Shown: positions 16,893-28,194 of the stretch, in pieces
Layout: the number at the start of each line of letters is the position of its first letter
Numbering within the stretch: the first letter of the stretch is position 1
Source of the DNA: a virus
Strand: one strand, 5' to 3'
IMG/VR virus record: IMGVR_UViG_3300031419_000579
DNA: 64,000 bases
Program-made: the position numbers and the translations under genes
The notes under the pieces: model-generated
Told to the model about the DNA's origin: nothing
Databases searched by the model: none
Seen by the model: the letters and a program-made list of their open reading frames with translations, nothing else

Positions 16893-18291
16893 TAAGGGTG
16901 ATATAACAACAATTTTCATGTTTTTGTTTTTTTCACTGGCGGTACTCTCATCACAGCGTCATTTTATTGATGATATGGGCAGGAGTATAGATGGATACTT
17001 TGGGCTGTCAGACAATGGCAGACCATTTGCCGACCTTATACTTTTGGTTGCATCATTTGGAAATTCTCTTGCTGACTCAGGCATTTGGTTCCAGCTATTA
17101 TCAATTCCTGTTTTTGTTTCAGTACCATTTTTAATTTGCAAGCTTACAGACTGCAAAATCAATTCACTTTTGTTTATACCAGCAGTAGTTAATCCATTCA
17201 CAATTGAAAGCATGATGTATAGATACGATGCGCTTTCAATGTCTTACTCCCTGTTTTCATCTTTGCTTGCATGCATTATTTTGAGTCGTGGGCTAGCATT
17301 CTACATTCCATCAATCGCATTGCTTACCTCATCACTATCTTCTTATCAACCAGCCATGTCTGCATTTATTGTTCTGGCTATTTTCCTATTCATTATTGAA
17401 GAAAAATACAAGTATAAGCAACTGATACTTAGAGGGTTTGTTTTTGTACTGTCATACCTTATTTATTCGAAGATAATAAGCCCAGCGTTCATTAAGGGTA
17501 ATTACACAAAGCAATATTCTCAGCTCATTGATTTTCTTGACTTTAATGCATTTTTCAGCAATTTCAAATCAATGATTAATTTCTGCATTGAAAATGCTGG
17601 ATTTGCAATTATTTCAATCTACTGCCTGTCATTCATTTTGTGCATTTCTTCCATGCTCTATCTATTGATATCGAAGAAAATTAATGCATTTAGATTCTTT
17701 CTTTACATTCTGTCTATTTTACTTATATCACTAACTCCGATACTCATACTCTCAGTTTTGAAATATCCGGCGTTTGCCCCAAGAATATACATCTCATTAG
17801 GAACATCGATGTCTTGCCTCATGGCAATCCCGTTCGTTTTTTTACCCGCCACAAAAAAACTCTGCATTGCTCTTTCTTTCTCTCTGTCTTTAGTATCTAT
17901 AAATATGGCGTTTGTTATTTCAGCATCAAACAACGCACAATCGCGTTACGATGACGCTGTTTCGAATCAGGTTCTAAATACTATACAAAAGATTGAAGAT
18001 GATGGTGGTAAAGTTAACAGCATTGGTTTTATAGGGTACATGCAACCTTCAGAAATATCTAAGTTATCATTCAAAAAATATCATATGGCAGAGACACTTA
18101 CCCCGCTTTACGTCAAGGGTAACTGGTGGTGGGGCAATTACATGTTGCAGTTGAGGGGTATTAAACTCAAAAGACTGAACATTGATGAGAAGTCTTTCGA
18201 ATGCCCGTATCCAGTTAATGGGGTTTTCTATAATTATTATTTCTCTAACGAGTCTCTTGTGCTGGATTTTTCGAAGCGAATCTGCAGATAA
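16879..18291 (+). CDS. gtrC: Serotype-specific O-antigen glucosyltransferase (GtrC/GtrII-like)
   Basis: Multi-TM, AT-rich, third gene of gtr operon; IDD.GR, GRP, YQP, PR motifs. Confidence 0.85.
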   Translation: MLKINKGDITTIFMFLFFSLAVLSSQRHFIDDMGRSIDGYFGLSDNGRPFADLILLVASFGNSLADSGIWFQLLSIPVFVSVPFLICKLTDCKINSLLFIPAVVNPFTIESMMYRYDALSMSYSLFSSLLACIILSRGLAFYIPSIALLTSSLSSYQPAMSAFIVLAIFLFIIEEKYKYKQLILRGFVFVLSYLIYSKIISPAFIKGNYTKQYSQLIDFLDFNAFFSNFKSMINFCIENAGFAIISIYCLSFILCISSMLYLLISKKINAFRFFLYILSILLISLTPILILSVLKYPAFAPRIYISLGTSMSCLMAIPFVFLPATKKLCIALSFSLSLVSINMAFVISASNNAQSRYDDAVSNQVLNTIQKIEDDGGKVNSIGFIGYMQPSEISKLSFKKYHMAETLTPLYVKGNWWWGNYMLQLRGIKLKRLNIDEKSFECPYPVNGVFYNYYFSNESLVLDFSKRICR

Positions 18292-18297
18292 AAAACG

Positions 18298-18320
18298 CCC
18301 CAGCCTTTTCAAGGTTGGGG
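18298..18320. terminator. Bidirectional terminator between gtrC and tailspike
   Basis: CCCCAGCCTT-ttc-AAGGTTGGGG. Confidence 0.65.
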
Positions 18321-18327
18321 TTTGTAT

Positions 18328-20193
18328 TCATACTGGCCGATAAGTGCCTTTAATATGAATAAATCCTGATGAAACTCCTGAATCGCTTGCCTTTATCGTT
18401 GAGCCATCTTGCTTCACAAACCTGATAGATGTGCTTGAGGTTTGTTTGATCGGAACTGCATTATTGAATGTTGAATTTGCTGCGAACTGAACCATGTTCA
18501 TTGGGGTTGCTAATATTGCTTTAAATGGCAAACCAAAAACGCCAATATCTCCAGTTCCACCATTGAAATTACTCCACCTTAGTACCATTTCAAACCCCAC
18601 CTCAACACCATCAAACCATACATTACATTTTGTTGATGGATCTAAAGTAACTGATCCTGCTGTTGATTCGCCAGCAAGGGTTAATGCTGGAATGGGTTGA
18701 ATGTCAGAGTTTATCATCCCCGATGCATATCTATTTCCAAAGCAAACCACCCCCATGTCCTGAAGGACACCCTTACCAAAATATACAGGGGTTCCACCAC
18801 TCCACCCAAGGAAGCTATTATTTTTTATAAGAATATTACTGGCATCGCCCCCTGTAATAATGCCCGTAGAGGAATCGGTATTCTCTGTCAGATAAATGAG
18901 GTTATTGGTTATGGTTATATTTCCACCATCAAGCTGGAGGCGAGAACTATCAAGCCAACAAGCATCAATTAGGGTGTTACCAGATGCTGATTCATGTAGT
19001 AAAGCCTGCTTACCTGCAGAATACAGGTGCGTACCTGAAACCAGCCTATTGCTTTGTCCTTTTATGCGCAAGCACCGCACCTTACAGTAAGATACGGTAG
19101 CACCAACCAGTCTGTTATCATGTGACCTAAGATATATTCCGGTCCCGGTAGTAACAACTGATGGGAAATCTTCATCACCTGCCGAGCTCCATTGGCGCTG
19201 CTCTACAATTACACCCAATCCAATTGTGTGACCGCCGGATTTTTGAGTGTCTGATGCATCAGAATCTATTCCGTAGACCAAAAACTGATCTACGCGCATA
19301 TGTTCTGTGGTTGTGCTGGCACTGCCTCCTAAATTTATTCCGCTACACTTATAACGACAGTGTACTGCGCCAGTAAATCTAACAAATAAGGATTCACGGT
19401 TCGGCGTTATACCTCGATCTACCGACATATCAATTAGATATGAATTTGTTGAGTGGTCGTCAGGAGCAACTATCGTCATGTTAATGGTTCCCCCATATGT
19501 TCCTCTTAAACCGACACTAGTCGCAGGATATAAATTCACATCACATACAAACTCAATTGATGAAAAGTCATACCATTCTTGTGGGTTTGGATAATTATTC
19601 TTCCATTTCGGTGCAATGCTGATAGCATATGCAAGCGCATTATCCCACGCTTCATCACTACCGTTCTGCTCTGTTCCAGTATTACCAAATGCGCTTACGT
19701 TAATAATTGTTTTAGCGGTGTGCTTTTCAAGGTGAGAGGTTAATGTACCTTTTCCGTAATTAACGAAGTCAGTACCTTTTTGTGATTGCAGGTCAGCTCG
19801 CAAAACTGCATCGCCTACTCCTAACCATTTACCAGAACCAATACCACCGGTTGATTCTGGCGTTGAATTTTCCGGAACGATTTTTGAGCCGGAAGCATAT
19901 GAACCAGTCCACTTATAATACTCGCCGTCAAATTCGTTGAATAAAACTTCATTAGGATTTTCAATGGTAGCGCCAGTCGTGAAAGACAGCCCGCTCAGAA
20001 CCACGTAACCAAATGATGACATAGTCTGCTGCGCGAGATGATTGATACCCTCTACAGTGTGATGCTCGACGCCGAACCTATCCCGATATTTGAATTCCGG
20101 AGAGGTAACAAACTCATCTATTTTACCGGCATTGAATTTCAAATCTCGCGGCGATTCGCTTGGGACTGGAAGCTGTGTTGGGATGGTAGTCAT
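18328..20193 (-). CDS. Tailspike/depolymerase-like receptor-binding protein
   Basis: Anchor MTTIPTQLPVPSESPRDLKFNAGKIDEFVTS...DRFG; beta-helix-like repeats (NTLIDAC, NITITNN, NILIKNN); last tail gene. Confidence 0.85.
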   Translation of the reverse strand: MTTIPTQLPVPSESPRDLKFNAGKIDEFVTSPEFKYRDRFGVEHHTVEGINHLAQQTMSSFGYVVLSGLSFTTGATIENPNEVLFNEFDGEYYKWTGSYASGSKIVPENSTPESTGGIGSGKWLGVGDAVLRADLQSQKGTDFVNYGKGTLTSHLEKHTAKTIINVSAFGNTGTEQNGSDEAWDNALAYAISIAPKWKNNYPNPQEWYDFSSIEFVCDVNLYPATSVGLRGTYGGTINMTIVAPDDHSTNSYLIDMSVDRGITPNRESLFVRFTGAVHCRYKCSGINLGGSASTTTEHMRVDQFLVYGIDSDASDTQKSGGHTIGLGVIVEQRQWSSAGDEDFPSVVTTGTGIYLRSHDNRLVGATVSYCKVRCLRIKGQSNRLVSGTHLYSAGKQALLHESASGNTLIDACWLDSSRLQLDGGNITITNNLIYLTENTDSSTGIITGGDASNILIKNNSFLGWSGGTPVYFGKGVLQDMGVVCFGNRYASGMINSDIQPIPALTLAGESTAGSVTLDPSTKCNVWFDGVEVGFEMVLRWSNFNGGTGDIGVFGLPFKAILATPMNMVQFAANSTFNNAVPIKQTSSTSIRFVKQDGSTIKASDSGVSSGFIHIKGTYRPV

Positions 20194-20249
20194 AATTTAT
20201 CCATTAAAAAAACCAGCGCAAAGGCTGGCTTATGATGATTATCTGGTGT

Positions 20250-22736
20250 TTAAGGGTAAATAAGGTCGCTGTACTCTGCGAGGCTTAACGATGTAGTTCC
20301 GTCCCCGTTTGGCTGCTTCTCGCTGATAATCCATTGAGTTGCATCCAACTCTTCCGTAGTGGCGATCATGTAGCGTGACGGAGACTGAACGTCATAGCCG
20401 TCATAAATGTTTAGCGCGATGTCCGGCATTGCTGCGATAAAACCGAAGTCCGTATCAGCGCGGCGCGTAGCCGGGTATCGGGTGGTTGAAGTGCCAGAGC
20501 TATCGGTTACCACAACAAACATTGATCCAGAGAAGTTAATGCGCTCACTTGTCTCAAAGTTATTACCGTTGCGGGCAACGATATAACCAGCCTGCTGATT
20601 TGTATCGTATGTGTCAGGTATCTGAACCATATCACCGACATTCACCCATTCCCCGTCAGACAGAGCCGTTATAGCGGATGTCATTCGCGAATAGATGAGC
20701 CTACGGCATTCTTTCTGTGCACGGTAATCAGCGGAAAAGGCATCGCGTAAGTACATCATTTCAAACTTCTTGGCCTTGACTGGCTGGCCCAGCTCAATAG
20801 CGCCGTTCCGCACGCGATACCGAATGTAATCCTGTTTATTGGTGTTCGGATTGCGATACTGAACTTCAACTCCGTCATAGCCGCCTGGCAGCGTCATTTC
20901 ATAGCTGAGAGAGTATCCGTCCGCGATTGTGTTAGCCCGGTTGAAAACTGTTACCGGCCTATCGCGTTTTTCATCTAGGGTGAAAGAGAGTAAGCCATCA
21001 TCCCAGAATACGCTTACGCTGGCCGCGTCGCAGATTGTCTCCATGCGCGACCCGAGAGAGATGTCCTCATCGTCAAACGTGTAATCGCAGTAGCCAAGGC
21101 GTGGGTCTCTGGAATCAATGCGAGCCTGTATCTGATAAAGCCCGTAAATATCTATCGTGTTTTCGGACTGCCCTCCAACTATCAACCAATTAAACAGAGC
21201 AATATCTGCAAACTTTCGTGATGGCCGCAGCGCGTAATCGACAGCCTGCGTCGCACTGTTATAGCTGATGACGTAGCGATTTATTAAAGCGTTATACTTT
21301 CTGTCACGGGAGCTGGTAGCCTGCTCAGTTGCCTGAACGGTAATGGTTACGATTGTGTCATTTGGATAAGTCACGTTCAGCCGGCGGCGCACGACATGAA
21401 TCATTTCCACTTTCATTGTGGAGTGATCGTTACTTGCGTTTGTTCGCGTAAGCTCCACTGCGTAACGCCCCGCCCCCGCTGCTGGCGTAAACTTGTAGGT
21501 GTCGTACATCGTGTCACTTAAGCCGGTATAGTTTTCCTGCCGCTTGGTGAACGTCTGGGTGGTGCCGGGTATCTGGACATTGTTGTCGTCGACTTTCCAG
21601 AACGTGATGTCAGCAATGGCATAATCACCATCTCCAAGCTGCGACTGCAGATGAACCCACAGCTCCGCACCTTCTACTGGTGAAAAGAATGGCCCGACTG
21701 TCAGCGGTTCGTTGTCGTTGATAGTGAATAGTGTCGTGTTGATGGTGGCATTTGCTGGCGTTTCGTTGTAGTCCTGCCCGCTCATGTTGCCGAATGTGAA
21801 GTTGTAGAAATAATTCGGATTCGTTACTGCGCCGTCATCAGTTTCCGTTGCGCTAATCAAATCGCCGAAAATTGTTATGTTTTTCGTTACCGGGCCATTC
21901 ACAGTGTCATATGTAACGTTTACCACAAATGAAACTGAGTGCGGCTTGCTCAAATCGAAGAAGTAATTGAAGTCGTCATTTCTCGGAATGGTGACCTTTG
22001 CCTGCCCGGCCAAAAAGCTTCCTGACGTGACGTTATTTGTCGTAGCCGTCTCGGCTGGGAAGTCCTCACTTTCGTTCGGTCCTGGCAACGCCTGTCCGTC
22101 AATATCATCGAATGTGAATCCTTCGTTGATTTGAGGGATAACATCGCCAGGCTGATAAATTGAGTAGGAAGCACCAGCCAGTGCGCCGAGGTTTGACTCG
22201 GAGTACCGGATAGAGCTGACATCGTAACGGCCAAGCCCGAAATTCATCCACTCAGTGACTCTCTTGTTATTTTTATCGTACTCGAAGATAGATTGCTGAA
22301 TCAGATCAGGAAAGGAACGCACCAGGCCAAAGTTGTCCGGTCTCGCTTCACCATTTCGGGCGATATTTGTTTGCCCCTTCAGGCTGTTGTTCGGTGATGT
22401 CTTACTGTTGCCAGCTGATGCGCTGACGTCTGGCTGTTTTATCAACCCGTTCATCAGTTTCTGCGTGAACTTGATTGGGTTTAGATGCTGCAGGGGGTTG
22501 AGAAGCGTTCCGACTATGCCTCCGCTTTTTGGCTGGTCGAAGATAACAATGCGGTCACTTTCTTTGAGTTGAAAGCCAACTTCATCATCATCATTCAGCT
22601 CTCTGCCATTTATATTGATGCGCAACTCGGCGTGTAGTGTTGACTCAGCCAGCCAATTGCTGAATATCATCCCCGCTGGCACTTTGACACGCTCCTTCGG
22701 CAGGCCGGGAACCCGCTGAATCTCGATAATCGGCAT
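20250..22736 (-). CDS. Central tail/host-specificity protein (TipJ-like)
   Basis: NIARNGEARPDNFG...FPDLI motif; position after NlpC/P60 gene; start MPIIEIQRVPG. Confidence 0.85.
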   Translation of the reverse strand: MPIIEIQRVPGLPKERVKVPAGMIFSNWLAESTLHAELRININGRELNDDDEVGFQLKESDRIVIFDQPKSGGIVGTLLNPLQHLNPIKFTQKLMNGLIKQPDVSASAGNSKTSPNNSLKGQTNIARNGEARPDNFGLVRSFPDLIQQSIFEYDKNNKRVTEWMNFGLGRYDVSSIRYSESNLGALAGASYSIYQPGDVIPQINEGFTFDDIDGQALPGPNESEDFPAETATTNNVTSGSFLAGQAKVTIPRNDDFNYFFDLSKPHSVSFVVNVTYDTVNGPVTKNITIFGDLISATETDDGAVTNPNYFYNFTFGNMSGQDYNETPANATINTTLFTINDNEPLTVGPFFSPVEGAELWVHLQSQLGDGDYAIADITFWKVDDNNVQIPGTTQTFTKRQENYTGLSDTMYDTYKFTPAAGAGRYAVELTRTNASNDHSTMKVEMIHVVRRRLNVTYPNDTIVTITVQATEQATSSRDRKYNALINRYVISYNSATQAVDYALRPSRKFADIALFNWLIVGGQSENTIDIYGLYQIQARIDSRDPRLGYCDYTFDDEDISLGSRMETICDAASVSVFWDDGLLSFTLDEKRDRPVTVFNRANTIADGYSLSYEMTLPGGYDGVEVQYRNPNTNKQDYIRYRVRNGAIELGQPVKAKKFEMMYLRDAFSADYRAQKECRRLIYSRMTSAITALSDGEWVNVGDMVQIPDTYDTNQQAGYIVARNGNNFETSERINFSGSMFVVVTDSSGTSTTRYPATRRADTDFGFIAAMPDIALNIYDGYDVQSPSRYMIATTEELDATQWIISEKQPNGDGTTSLSLAEYSDLIYP

Positions 22737-23115
22737 AGGAGTAAAATTCCACTTTGGTGAATAGTTTCTGAATAGTGCGAATGTGATCGGAACGAACGTG
22801 GCCGTTCTCACCACGGCTGTGTAGTGCGCGGCCATCAATTACCAGCCCGACGTGCACCGGTTGAGCGCCGTAGTAAGCAACGAACATGTCGTTTTCAGAG
22901 AAAATATCCACGCGCTTCCAGAACAGAATTTCATTGAAGAAGCAGGTGGCAAAATCACTTTCAGCTTCGTAACCCGGCACATCATGCAGCTCGACACCCA
23001 ACACATTTCGGTAATAAAGCACTATGAGCCCCCAGCAATCCGCACCTTTAAAACTGCATGCGCGGTTATGCCAGGGCATGCCTTCTACTCTTTCAAGGAA
23101 TTCGTGTTTAAGCAT
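22645..23115 (-). CDS. NlpC/P60-family tail assembly protein (gpK-like)
   Basis: GADCWGL and HVGLV catalytic motifs. Confidence 0.88.
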   Translation of the reverse strand: MLKHEFLERVEGMPWHNRACSFKGADCWGLIVLYYRNVLGVELHDVPGYEAESDFATCFFNEILFWKRVDIFSENDMFVAYYGAQPVHVGLVIDGRALHSRGENGHVRSDHIRTIQKLFTKVEFYSYADYRDSAGSRPAEGACQSASGDDIQQLAG

Positions 23116-23578
23116 TTTTCAATCCGGGGAATTCTTCGATGTTATAGAGCCGGCCAACGTTGTTGTTTAGCGGATTTTTCAGTGTCAGTGAGCAGGTCAC
23201 ATCATCTGCATCCATCGACACGTCAGCAACGTAAAGTGTCCACGGCTTCAGTGGCGTGTTCATGTCAGCAGAGTCAAAGCGCTGATAGGTTGCCGATATC
23301 GGCGTCAGTCGTCCATAAGCTTTCCACTGCTTAAGCTTATGCTTAAAGTCCTGCGCCATTCTCCCAAACTTGACGGAGCTGTCGATTACCGGCGTGCTGC
23401 TTTGCTGGCTTTCTATAACTTCCATTCTGCATGGTGTGTAAACCTGACCGGCAAATGTTTTGGGATAAATTTGTTTATCCACGAGCCTGACCGTGCCGAA
23501 CACCGGGCTACTGAATGTCATCGTGTCGTACAGTATGCGGTTCGGTCGCTGGCTCTTTATCTCTCGGAATGTCGGCAT
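23108..23578 (-). CDS. Minor tail protein (DUF1833-like)
   Basis: Position between distal tail protein and NlpC/P60; typical size. Confidence 0.75.
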   Translation of the reverse strand: MPTFREIKSQRPNRILYDTMTFSSPVFGTVRLVDKQIYPKTFAGQVYTPCRMEVIESQQSSTPVIDSSVKFGRMAQDFKHKLKQWKAYGRLTPISATYQRFDSADMNTPLKPWTLYVADVSMDADDVTCSLTLKNPLNNNVGRLYNIEEFPGLKNA

Positions 23579-24051
23579 CAGTAATCCCTCGGCATAATTT
23601 CAGTAACAATCTCATCCAGCCAGCCTCCCCACGGTGCGGGGAGCTCAACGATAATGTCATCGAACTCATCATCTGAGCTTTTGAGCTGACGGCAAATGAC
23701 GCTACCTGTCCATGTAAAGACGGATCCGCTCTGGCTCCATGTTGGATAGGCGGTAAAGTGAAATTCCTGCGCCTCAATGCCGCTGTCGCCCATACCGGTA
23801 TACAAACGCATGTTGAACCACTGATTACCGTTATCGAGGTAGTTCGGACTTCTCAGCCACGCGTAGAAACGGCGATGCTGCTGACTATTGAATATCCATG
23901 TCAGATTAAACGAGGTTTTCAGGTCGTCAGTGAGCTTCTGGAAGATTGGCGCGCCCACCTGTGGCTGGTCTGTGCGAAATCCGGTATCAGTGGTGGGGTT
24001 TTTGTTAGACTTCTGTGCAAGGGGTAGCCCTTCGGGATAATCAATTGCCAT
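23578..24051 (-). CDS. Distal tail protein (gpM-like)
   Basis: IDYPEGLPL...GNQWFNMRL; immediately after tape measure. Confidence 0.75.
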   Translation of the reverse strand: MAIDYPEGLPLAQKSNKNPTTDTGFRTDQPQVGAPIFQKLTDDLKTSFNLTWIFNSQQHRRFYAWLRSPNYLDNGNQWFNMRLYTGMGDSGIEAQEFHFTAYPTWSQSGSVFTWTGSVICRQLKSSDDEFDDIIVELPAPWGGWLDEIVTEIMPRDY

Positions 24052-24052
24052 C

Positions 24053-27000
24053 TTAGCCTCTTGCCTTGCGTGGTGCCTGATGATTATTAGAAATGGCCTG
24101 GCTTATTTTTCCACCCTGGTTAAGGTCTGCGACTATTACATCAACAGTTATCCCGTTGCCGTTGTTTGACGCCTGAGCATCGACTGTGGAACTGGTGTAG
24201 TTTTGAATGTTGATAACCACGCCGCCAGATGAATCACCGCCCTGCATATCCTTGTTGCTGATAACCTTCCCGTTATCGCCCGGTATCATGAACTGCTTAC
24301 CACTGCTGGCCTGGTAGATTTCAGGCATGCCGCCCTCGCCTACCTGATACATTGAGCCTGCCGATACTGGCCCGCCGTTTTTACGTTTACCTGCCAGACT
24401 GCCAGATAATGCCATTGCAGCAACAACTGCACCGATACCTATTGCTGCAGCACCACCAAAGGAACCTATCGAGGCAACAATTGCAGCAGGTGTCCATGCA
24501 GCTGTAGTTGTTGCTGCCGCTGCAGTGCTGGCCGCTGTGGTCGTAGCTGTACCAGATACCGATGCTGCTGTAGTTGCTGCAGTTGCAGATATCTGAGCGG
24601 TGGACCCCATCACTGCCGATTTGACCCACTCGACCCCCATCTGGACAAATGAGTTAATCAGGCTGTTGATAGCATTACTGGCAAGAGAGTGAACCGCTTC
24701 GCCTGCATCCATACTGCCTGTAACGATACCGGTGAATGCGTTAGAGGCGTTACCCGCAAGAGAATCAAACGTTGCCGCCAGCGCCTCATTACCAACGTTC
24801 TGGTTTCTGAACATCTGCCACATTGCTGCTGTGCGCTGCTGTTCATACTGAGTGTTTAGTGATTTCCTCAGCGCCAGCCCTTGCTGCTCGGTGATAGTCT
24901 TGTTCTGCTCGAACTGCTGGATAAGAGCCAGTTTTCTGGCATTTTCATTTGCTAACGCCTGAACCGGGTCAACTGTAGCGACAGCCTCCTGCTGTGCTGT
25001 GACAGACTCGCCAGAACGGATTTTTGCTAGGTTGGTTTGGTGCTCTTGCTCAATTCTCTCTGACTCACGGCTGTATTGCTGTTGAGAGATAAGCAGGTTT
25101 CCCTCTGCATCCTTTGCGCCTTTTAGCATCTCGAGCTGGGATTTCTGGCTGGCGTAATCCGCGCTTTCTTTTAATTCAGGAATGGAATTTCTGGCTTTAA
25201 TCGCGGCTGCCGAATCCCATATTGCCGCTGCGTAATCTTTTGCTTGCTGAATTTGTTCTGCAGATGCTGACTTACCGAGTGACTGCTCGGCGCGAAGAAT
25301 CGCCTGCTCTCTGCTTAACTCCTGCGTGGACGTAGCGGCTAATTCAGACTCCTGCTTCAGCGCATTTAGCTTTTGGGTGATTGACTCAGCTTGTGAAGCT
25401 GCTTTTTTTCCCTCTGTAGTGTTAGCGCGCGTCTCTTTTTTCAGCTCCTGCTGGGCTTTAATGTTGTCATATTCTGCCCCGGCTCGCTCTCTTGCCAGAT
25501 TGACAGCAGCCTCATCGCCCCCTAAAGCTCTGATATCTTTTTCAGCCTTTAGCTGCTCCCTCTTTCTGTCGTTTAATTCTCCCTGAATCTCGACCTGTTC
25601 CAGCTGTTTATCGAGAAACTCCTGTACTTTTTGAGGTCGTTCCAGCGTCAGGCTTGATGAGTTGAATTTCTCCTTGGCCCGACTGGCGAAGTTGATTGCA
25701 TCGCCTAGCTGATTCATTAGCCCAGAAACAACGCCGGCCTGCTCGCCGTCACGCTTAAGTAAATCATAGCCCTGACGAAACTGACCATTCATCTGCGCAC
25801 GCAGAATACTCGTTTTGCTGATAGTCTGACTTAGCTTAGTTCTGGCAGAATCTACTTTAGCGGTTAGTTGAATAGACTCGCTTTCGAGGCTATTAACGTT
25901 AGCTAAAGCCTGATAATAAAACGCATTATCCTTGCTCAGATTCTTAAGCGCCGCCCTGCCTTTTTCAAGGCGAGCATTCAGAGAGGTCAGTGAAGCCTCA
26001 TTTTTTTCAAGCTCAGTTCTCTGCACGCTGATGGATTTATTGGCATTGTCGATTTCAGCCGCAAGCTGCGCCTGACCCATGCTTTTCATTTTGGATATTA
26101 CGTTATCCAACTTATCAGCGAAATCGAGGCTCTCCTGCTTGGCTTGCTGCATTTTTTGGAAGAAATAGAATATTCCAGCCGCCGCAATAACTGCTGCGCC
26201 AACCGGCCCACCAATAAGAGCGAGCGCATTACGTGCAAGCCCGCCGATTGTGGTAGTGGCCGCCGCCGCCGCCGCTGTCGCAACCCTTGATGCTGCCGCC
26301 TCTGCGAGTTGTGCTTCTGCGTAAGCTGCTGAACGCTGAATTGCGATAGACTTAACTGCAATTAGATTTTCCAGGGCGAACGCCTGCGCTGCTGATCCTC
26401 GCGCAACGTTATATTCCGTTTGTGCAACGGCGAGATTAGATATTGCCATTTGCTTATCAAGACCAGCCTTAATAGTTGCCACTCTGGCGGCATTTGCTGC
26501 GGCGGCTGTCGCCTCAGCTGTTGCTGCGGCCTGCGTTCTTGCAGCAATTGCATCCTCAACCCTTGCTTTGGCTGCCAGATACATTGCACCGGCAAATCTA
26601 CTTCCAAATATTACAGCCGCAGCGCCCAGGACACCCGCCACCACGTCGAGATTTTCACTTAGTGAAATAATGCCTTGGTTGAAAACCTTAATTGATGAGC
26701 TTACGGCAGTGCTTTCACCTACAAACTTCGTGATGTTGTTCGTTGCAGTAGTAAATGCTTGCCCCATCGTCATTGCGGTATTTGAGAATTCTTTGGCAAT
26801 GGCATCGCTTTGCTTAAGGAGGCCATTTACGACAACCTCAGTCGTTAGTTTACCCTCGGCTGCCATTCCCCTTAATTGGCCTATGGTCACACCAAGTGAG
26901 TCAGCAAGAGCCATTGCAAGGCGGCTACCATTCTCCGAAATAGAGTTAAACTCTTCGCCACGAAGAACGCCTGAGGCCAAAGCCTGTGAAAGCTGAGTCA

Positions 27001-27508
27001 TTGTGGAGCTGGCTTCTTCAGTCGTTGCACCGGAAACCGCAAGGCCTTTGTTTATAGTCGAGGTCAGAGTTATCAGATCGGAAATGCTGGTGCCTGCAGT
27101 ACGAGTAGACCGCTCAAGGCGTCCGTAAAGTGTCGCTGTAGCTGACAGGCTGCTCATTGTATTTTGGGAGATATCAAACACACGCTGGGTCACGTCTGCG
27201 AGCTGCTCGTTAGCTCTTACTGAGTTGGCAAGCTTGTTGTTAACTGTTACCCATTCGTTTCCGTATTGAGCAACCTGTTGAACAGAAAGAGCAGCCATAA
27301 TGCCTTTAGCAACACCGCTGAGGCTGGACATCGTTCTTTCCATAGAGCCGAGCGAGCGCTCAGTGCGATTAACGCTGGCCTCCAGCCGACCCATGTTGCC
27401 ACCCAACCCATTAAGAGCTGCATCCACCTCCCGGCGAGCGGCAAGCAGACGGGCCGTGTCCATGTCCACTTCATAGATGATGCTGCCAGCGTTAAGGGTT
27501 CCAGCCAT
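24053..27508 (-). CDS. Tape measure protein
   Basis: 1151 aa, Ala-rich helical; QLSQALASGVLRGEEFNSISE motif; C-terminal GGPV...YQVGEGG.PE. Confidence 0.95.
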   Translation of the reverse strand: MAGTLNAGSIIYEVDMDTARLLAARREVDAALNGLGGNMGRLEASVNRTERSLGSMERTMSSLSGVAKGIMAALSVQQVAQYGNEWVTVNNKLANSVRANEQLADVTQRVFDISQNTMSSLSATATLYGRLERSTRTAGTSISDLITLTSTINKGLAVSGATTEEASSTMTQLSQALASGVLRGEEFNSISENGSRLAMALADSLGVTIGQLRGMAAEGKLTTEVVVNGLLKQSDAIAKEFSNTAMTMGQAFTTATNNITKFVGESTAVSSSIKVFNQGIISLSENLDVVAGVLGAAAVIFGSRFAGAMYLAAKARVEDAIAARTQAAATAEATAAAANAARVATIKAGLDKQMAISNLAVAQTEYNVARGSAAQAFALENLIAVKSIAIQRSAAYAEAQLAEAAASRVATAAAAAATTTIGGLARNALALIGGPVGAAVIAAAGIFYFFQKMQQAKQESLDFADKLDNVISKMKSMGQAQLAAEIDNANKSISVQRTELEKNEASLTSLNARLEKGRAALKNLSKDNAFYYQALANVNSLESESIQLTAKVDSARTKLSQTISKTSILRAQMNGQFRQGYDLLKRDGEQAGVVSGLMNQLGDAINFASRAKEKFNSSSLTLERPQKVQEFLDKQLEQVEIQGELNDRKREQLKAEKDIRALGGDEAAVNLARERAGAEYDNIKAQQELKKETRANTTEGKKAASQAESITQKLNALKQESELAATSTQELSREQAILRAEQSLGKSASAEQIQQAKDYAAAIWDSAAAIKARNSIPELKESADYASQKSQLEMLKGAKDAEGNLLISQQQYSRESERIEQEHQTNLAKIRSGESVTAQQEAVATVDPVQALANENARKLALIQQFEQNKTITEQQGLALRKSLNTQYEQQRTAAMWQMFRNQNVGNEALAATFDSLAGNASNAFTGIVTGSMDAGEAVHSLASNAINSLINSFVQMGVEWVKSAVMGSTAQISATAATTAASVSGTATTTAASTAAAATTTAAWTPAAIVASIGSFGGAAAIGIGAVVAAMALSGSLAGKRKNGGPVSAGSMYQVGEGGMPEIYQASSGKQFMIPGDNGKVISNKDMQGGDSSGGVVINIQNYTSSTVDAQASNNGNGITVDVIVADLNQGGKISQAISNNHQAPRKARG

Positions 27509-27525
27509 TTACTTATCTCCAGGCG

Positions 27526-27556
27526 AAAAAAAACCCCGCCGAAGCGAGGTTTAAAG
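27526..27556 (-). terminator. Intrinsic terminator of the moron at 27568-28164
   Basis: Minus strand AAACCTCGC-ttcg-GCGGGGTTT followed by T tract. Confidence 0.75.
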
Positions 27557-27567
27557 AAATTTTATTG

Positions 27568-28164
27568 TTACCTACAGAGCTTTAACCATAAATCATTGAA
27601 ATCCTGACTACCATCATCTATCGATGAATTTCCGCCTACAGATATGTAGCGAGAATTGCCTGAATAGGCGCCAAAGCTGTTCTTTGCATTAACGTACCCA
27701 CATACCGCACCATCACTGGTGACAAAACCACCAGAGAACATAGCCGATGATGGATCCTTCAGTGATGACTTTACTGATGCCTCAGCATTATCAACTGCTA
27801 TAACATTCTGCTTTTCGCGCTCAAAGGTTTCTTTTTTAGCTGCCGACTGAATCTTTTCTGATTTGACTGTTTCTGTATAACCTTCGCCAAAGATAGGAGT
27901 CATAGAATTAACCCAGACCAGCGAAGCGACATTAAATGCCACCGAGAAAAGAAGAAAACCCAGACAACAAACCAAAGAAGTTGCGCGCCTTTCTCTCTCA
28001 GAAAGCCTCACGTTGTGCTTAGATTTGGATGCTATCCAGCTAAAAAAATAGGCGACCAGTCCAAAAATCGGCAGAATGAATAATAGAGACGCTGGTTCCC
28101 TGATTGCAAAAAAACACGTAACTGCGAGTGCGACACAGGCCAGCGTGCAAATAAACGCTCTCAT
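27568..28164 (-). CDS. Membrane protein moron, candidate superinfection exclusion
   Basis: Three TM segments then VCGYVNAKNSFGAYSG domain; own extended -10 and terminator. Confidence 0.7.
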   Translation of the reverse strand: MRAFICTLACVALAVTCFFAIREPASLLFILPIFGLVAYFFSWIASKSKHNVRLSERERRATSLVCCLGFLLFSVAFNVASLVWVNSMTPIFGEGYTETVKSEKIQSAAKKETFEREKQNVIAVDNAEASVKSSLKDPSSAMFSGGFVTSDGAVCGYVNAKNSFGAYSGNSRYISVGGNSSIDDGSQDFNDLWLKLCR

Positions 28165-28194
28165 AACCCTAACCCCTTAATTAAATCACGAGCA

